A DNA stretch of 64,000 bases, from contig JASGJH010000001.1 in assembly GCA_047601445.1 (NCBI GenBank), positions 768,001 through 832,000 of the forward strand. Reading direction: 5' to 3'. The DNA comes from Myxococcales bacterium. Lineage in GTDB: Bacteria; Myxococcota_A; Polyangia; Polyangiales; DASUME01. Positions within the stretch are counted from its first letter, which is position 1. Each line of letters begins with the position of its first letter. Positions 60,942 to 64,000 of the stretch are shown here, one piece after another. Below the pieces are notes generated by a model, which made no database searches, was not told the DNA's origin, and saw nothing but the letters and a program-made list of their open reading frames with translations. The position numbers and the translations under genes were made by a program.

Positions 60942-62180
60942 TCAAAACACGTAGCGATCCGACGCCTGGAGTGGCGTGAACTCACTGTCCGCGAGAACGC
61001 AGCGCGCCAGGAGACTGGCTGCGATGACGGCGGACGCATTGAGGGCGGACGGCGGCCCGCTGACTTCGACGAAGTCCGCGCCTAGCAGGCGCAGATGGCG
61101 CGCGGCGTAGTCGACCAGCTCGGTCGCGAGGGACACGCTCAGGCCCGCGAAGAGAGGAGTGCCGGTCTCCCGCGCGACCGCGCCGTCGATGCAGTCGATG
61201 TCGAAGCTGAGATAGTAGGGAAGGTCCTTGGGCAGCGCTTCGAGCACCTGCTGGGCGCGTCCACTCAGGGCTTCGCGCGCGGTGACGACGGTGCGTTTGG
61301 GGCACGGCACGCGTCGCGAGAAGGGAGACATGCGTTCGATGCCGCGCAGTCCGATCTGCACGATGGACTGGACGCACGGGCTCTCGATGGCCGCCTCGAA
61401 GACGTTGGCATGGGACAGGGTGCGGCTCGGGCCCATGTCGGCGTGGGCATCGAAGTGCAACAGGCCAAAGGGCTCCCCGCGGGCGATGAGTGCCTGAAGA
61501 ACGTAGTGGGTGATCGAGTGGTCTCCACCGAGCACCAACGGTCGCATGTCGCGGGCTAGCACGTCGCTCACGGCCTTCTGCAGGCGCGCTCCCACGTGGT
61601 CGAGGCGACCTCCGTCGGGCTCGACGTCGCCGAGGTCCGCGAGCGCGGGTGCGGAGGCCGGGTACAGGCGCCCGAACTCGTAGTCCACGATGTCCCCGTG
61701 TCCGCCTAGCAGCGAACCATTGACGACCTTGCGGATCTCGGCGGGGCCCTGGCGTGCGCCTCCTGCACCGCCCGCGGCGAAATCGATGGGCACCCCCAGC
61801 GTGACCCAGGCTCCGGGTTGCGCGGCCTCGGGTAGGTCGGACCAGGACCATGGCGCACCGACGGGATTCGGCGTGGGTTTCAAGAAGCCGTGTTCGAGGA
61901 ACGGCAGCTCGTTGGGCTGCACGAGGATGCCGGAGCGCGCCATCAGCACCAGCAGATCACGCGGCACGTGGCGGTGTGCACGCGCGAAGGTCGCAGGTGT
62001 GATGGGGGTGGCGAATCCCGCGAGTACCTCCTCCACCAGCTCGCGGGACTCCGCGTCGATGTCCAGCGAGGTCCCGTGACCCGGGTTGTAGAGCGTAAGG
62101 ACGTCCTCTTGTTCGTGCTCGATGCGGACCAGGTTGGGCCACACCACGTGCTGCGCTTCGCTCGGCAATCCGTCGTCCAT
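60942..62180 (-). CDS. Ureohydrolase (arginase/agmatinase family) with an ~100-aa N-terminal extension
   Basis: GVP.D..GARQGP..IR, DLGD, GGDHSIT, DAHAD, SFDIDCID and DFVEV. Confidence 0.9.
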   Translation of the reverse strand: MDDGLPSEAQHVVWPNLVRIEHEQEDVLTLYNPGHGTSLDIDAESRELVEEVLAGFATPITPATFARAHRHVPRDLLVLMARSGILVQPNELPFLEHGFLKPTPNPVGAPWSWSDLPEAAQPGAWVTLGVPIDFAAGGAGGARQGPAEIRKVVNGSLLGGHGDIVDYEFGRLYPASAPALADLGDVEPDGGRLDHVGARLQKAVSDVLARDMRPLVLGGDHSITHYVLQALIARGEPFGLLHFDAHADMGPSRTLSHANVFEAAIESPCVQSIVQIGLRGIERMSPFSRRVPCPKRTVVTAREALSGRAQQVLEALPKDLPYYLSFDIDCIDGAVARETGTPLFAGLSVSLATELVDYAARHLRLLGADFVEVSGPPSALNASAVIAASLLARCVLADSEFTPLQASDRYVF

Positions 62181-62198
62181 CGCGGTTCCCTCGATACC

Positions 62199-63602
62199 TT
62201 ACTTGACCAGCGTGACCACGAAGCGCTTGCCCTTGATGCGCCCCGAGCCGAGGCTCTTGAGTGCCGCGCGGCTCGCGCTCGTGGCGACCGCCACGTACGA
62301 GAAGTTGTCGTGGATCTCGATCTTGCCGACGTCGCTGCCGGCCAAGCCCCCCGCTTCGCCCGTGAGCGCGCCGAGGATGTCGCCGGGCCGCACCTTCTGC
62401 TTGCGGCCGCCGCCGATCTTGAGCGTGGTCATCTTGGCTTCGCGCGCCAGCCCCTGGCCCGAGGCATTCGCCTCGAGTCGAGCACCCGGCTTGAAGGGGA
62501 CCCGGGACAGCGGGCGGCCGGTGAGCTCTTCGATGGCGGCCAGCTTCGCCGACTCACGGGGGCTGGCAAAGGACACGGCGCTGCCCTGCTTCCCAGCGCG
62601 CCCCGTCCGACCGATGCGATGCACGTAGTTTTCGGGCTTGGGCGGCAAGTCGTAGTTCACGACCAACTCGAGACTCTCGACGTCGATGCCGCGGGCGGCC
62701 ACATCCGTGGCGATGAGCACACGCACGCTCGCATTGCGGAACTTGGCGAGCACCGCATCCCGGTCGCGCTGCTCGAGGTCGCCATGCAGGCAGGCCACGC
62801 TGACACCCGCGGACGAGAGGGCTTGCTCGATGGCGGCCACGCTGGCCTTCATGTTCGCGAAGATCAGGGCCGATTCGTGTGGGTGATCGGCGAGGGTGGC
62901 GCGCAACGCCGCCGGCTTGTCGGCTTGCTCCACCGTGATCACTTGCTCGACGATGTTCAGGCGCTCTGCGGGCGCCGCTTCGATGGTGATGCGCTCCGGC
63001 TTGCGCTGGTATCGGCGGCTGAGGGCCTCGATGTTGTCGGGGAAAGTCGCGGAGAAGAGCACGGTTTGGCGTGCCCTGGGGAGCTCGTCGAGGATGAACT
63101 GCATCTCGTCGGCAAAGCCCATGTCGAGCATGCGATCCGCCTCGTCGAGCACCACGCTCCGCAGCCTCGAAAGCTCGAGGTTGCCGCGCTGCAGATGGTC
63201 GCCCACGCGGCCGGGGGTGCCCACCACGATGTGTACGCCGCGCTCGAGGGCCGCCGCCTGACCCCGCAGCGGTTCGCCACCAGCCACCACGAGAACGTGC
63301 AGGCCCTTGAGGCCACCGCCGAGTTTGCGCAGCTCGCGTGCGACCTGGGCGCTCAGCTCGCGCGTGGGGCACAGCACCAGGGCCTGCATTGCGCGTGTGT
63401 CGAGGTCCACCCGCTGGAGGAGGGGCACGCCGAACGCGACCGTCTTGCCACTCCCGGTTTGCGACTGGCCGATGAGGTCCTGCCCCGCGAGCAGCGCGGG
63501 GATGGCCTTGGCCTGAATGGGGGTCATGCGCTCGTAGCCGAGGCTGGCCGCGGCCTCCAGGATGGCGGGGGCGAGCGGCAGCGAGCGGAAGGTGTCTTCC
63601 AT
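62199..63602 (-). CDS. dbpA: ATP-dependent RNA helicase DbpA
   Basis: TGSGKT, PTREL, DEAD, SAT, HRIGRTGR, and the C-terminal DbpA domain GGGRKQKVRPGDILGAL. Confidence 0.95.
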   Translation of the reverse strand: MEDTFRSLPLAPAILEAAASLGYERMTPIQAKAIPALLAGQDLIGQSQTGSGKTVAFGVPLLQRVDLDTRAMQALVLCPTRELSAQVARELRKLGGGLKGLHVLVVAGGEPLRGQAAALERGVHIVVGTPGRVGDHLQRGNLELSRLRSVVLDEADRMLDMGFADEMQFILDELPRARQTVLFSATFPDNIEALSRRYQRKPERITIEAAPAERLNIVEQVITVEQADKPAALRATLADHPHESALIFANMKASVAAIEQALSSAGVSVACLHGDLEQRDRDAVLAKFRNASVRVLIATDVAARGIDVESLELVVNYDLPPKPENYVHRIGRTGRAGKQGSAVSFASPRESAKLAAIEELTGRPLSRVPFKPGARLEANASGQGLAREAKMTTLKIGGGRKQKVRPGDILGALTGEAGGLAGSDVGKIEIHDNFSYVAVATSASRAALKSLGSGRIKGKRFVVTLVK

Positions 63603-63709
63603 CGGCGGCAGGATAGCAGGAAGCGCGGCTCCCAAAATTCTCACGATAACTTCCGCCCCGCGGCCTGCGCCAATCGGGCTCCATGCCCTCTTCAGGAGGA
63701 GCACGAAAG

Positions 63710-64000
63710 ATGAGGAAGCTTGCTTTGTGGGTGTCGCTGGCGGCGCTTGCTGCCGTCTCCAGTGCCCGGGCGGACGGCCCCGTTAGCCGCTACAGACTGC
63801 GGGAGGGTGGCGCGTTTGCGTCGACCTACGTGAGTGACGACTGCGGTTGGGCGGGCATGACGGTGTGGGTCTCCGAGCGGGTGACGCGCGATCAGCCCGG
63901 CGCACCAGAGCGCGAGAACTACGGCACCATTTGGTACGACAGCTTCTCCTACTGCACGGGCGTCGGCGGCCACGTCAACGCGGAGGTCCCCTTCAAGGGC
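63710..64000 (+). CDS. Hypothetical secreted protein, partial
   Basis: AGGAGG RBS and signal peptide MRKLALWVSLAALAAVSSARA; open to the window end. Confidence 0.6.
   Translation, partial: MRKLALWVSLAALAAVSSARADGPVSRYRLREGGAFASTYVSDDCGWAGMTVWVSERVTRDQPGAPERENYGTIWYDSFSYCTGVGGHVNAEVPFKG

Overview
High-GC bacterial chromosome segment, very probably a myxobacterium (Myxococcota). Evidence: a MYXO-CTERM protein with cysteine-rich repeats, a myxosortase-like CPBP protease, and many lipoproteins with D/G-rich linkers. About 1-43.3 kb is mostly housekeeping: dnaG-rpoD, tRNA-Ile2(CAT), ilvE, yajC-secD-secF-recJ, tilS-ftsH-folP-cdaA-cdaR, a convergent glmM behind tamA-tamB, miaB, lepA, rluB and tRNA-fMet. 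About 43.3-64 kb, after tRNA-fMet, is accessory. It holds a PAS hybrid kinase, low-complexity and Cys-rich lipoproteins, GST, a secreted EEP enzyme, an AT-richer SIR2-like gene fused onto a truncated yciI, an FG-GAP protein, a thaumatin-like lipoprotein, a small protein ending in an SSB-type DDDDIPF tail, an arginase with an RRE-like N-terminus, and dbpA. Main observations: (1) four independent frameshifts all fall at GATC>GAATC; (2) a 28-33 bp palindromic repeat sits in-frame inside lipoprotein signal regions; (3) there are two related ~150-160 bp inverted-repeat (MITE-like) elements; (4) the SSB-tail protein, RRE-like arginase, SIR2-like gene and thaumatin-like gene are candidate novel functions. 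All calls come from reading motifs by eye; no searches were run.
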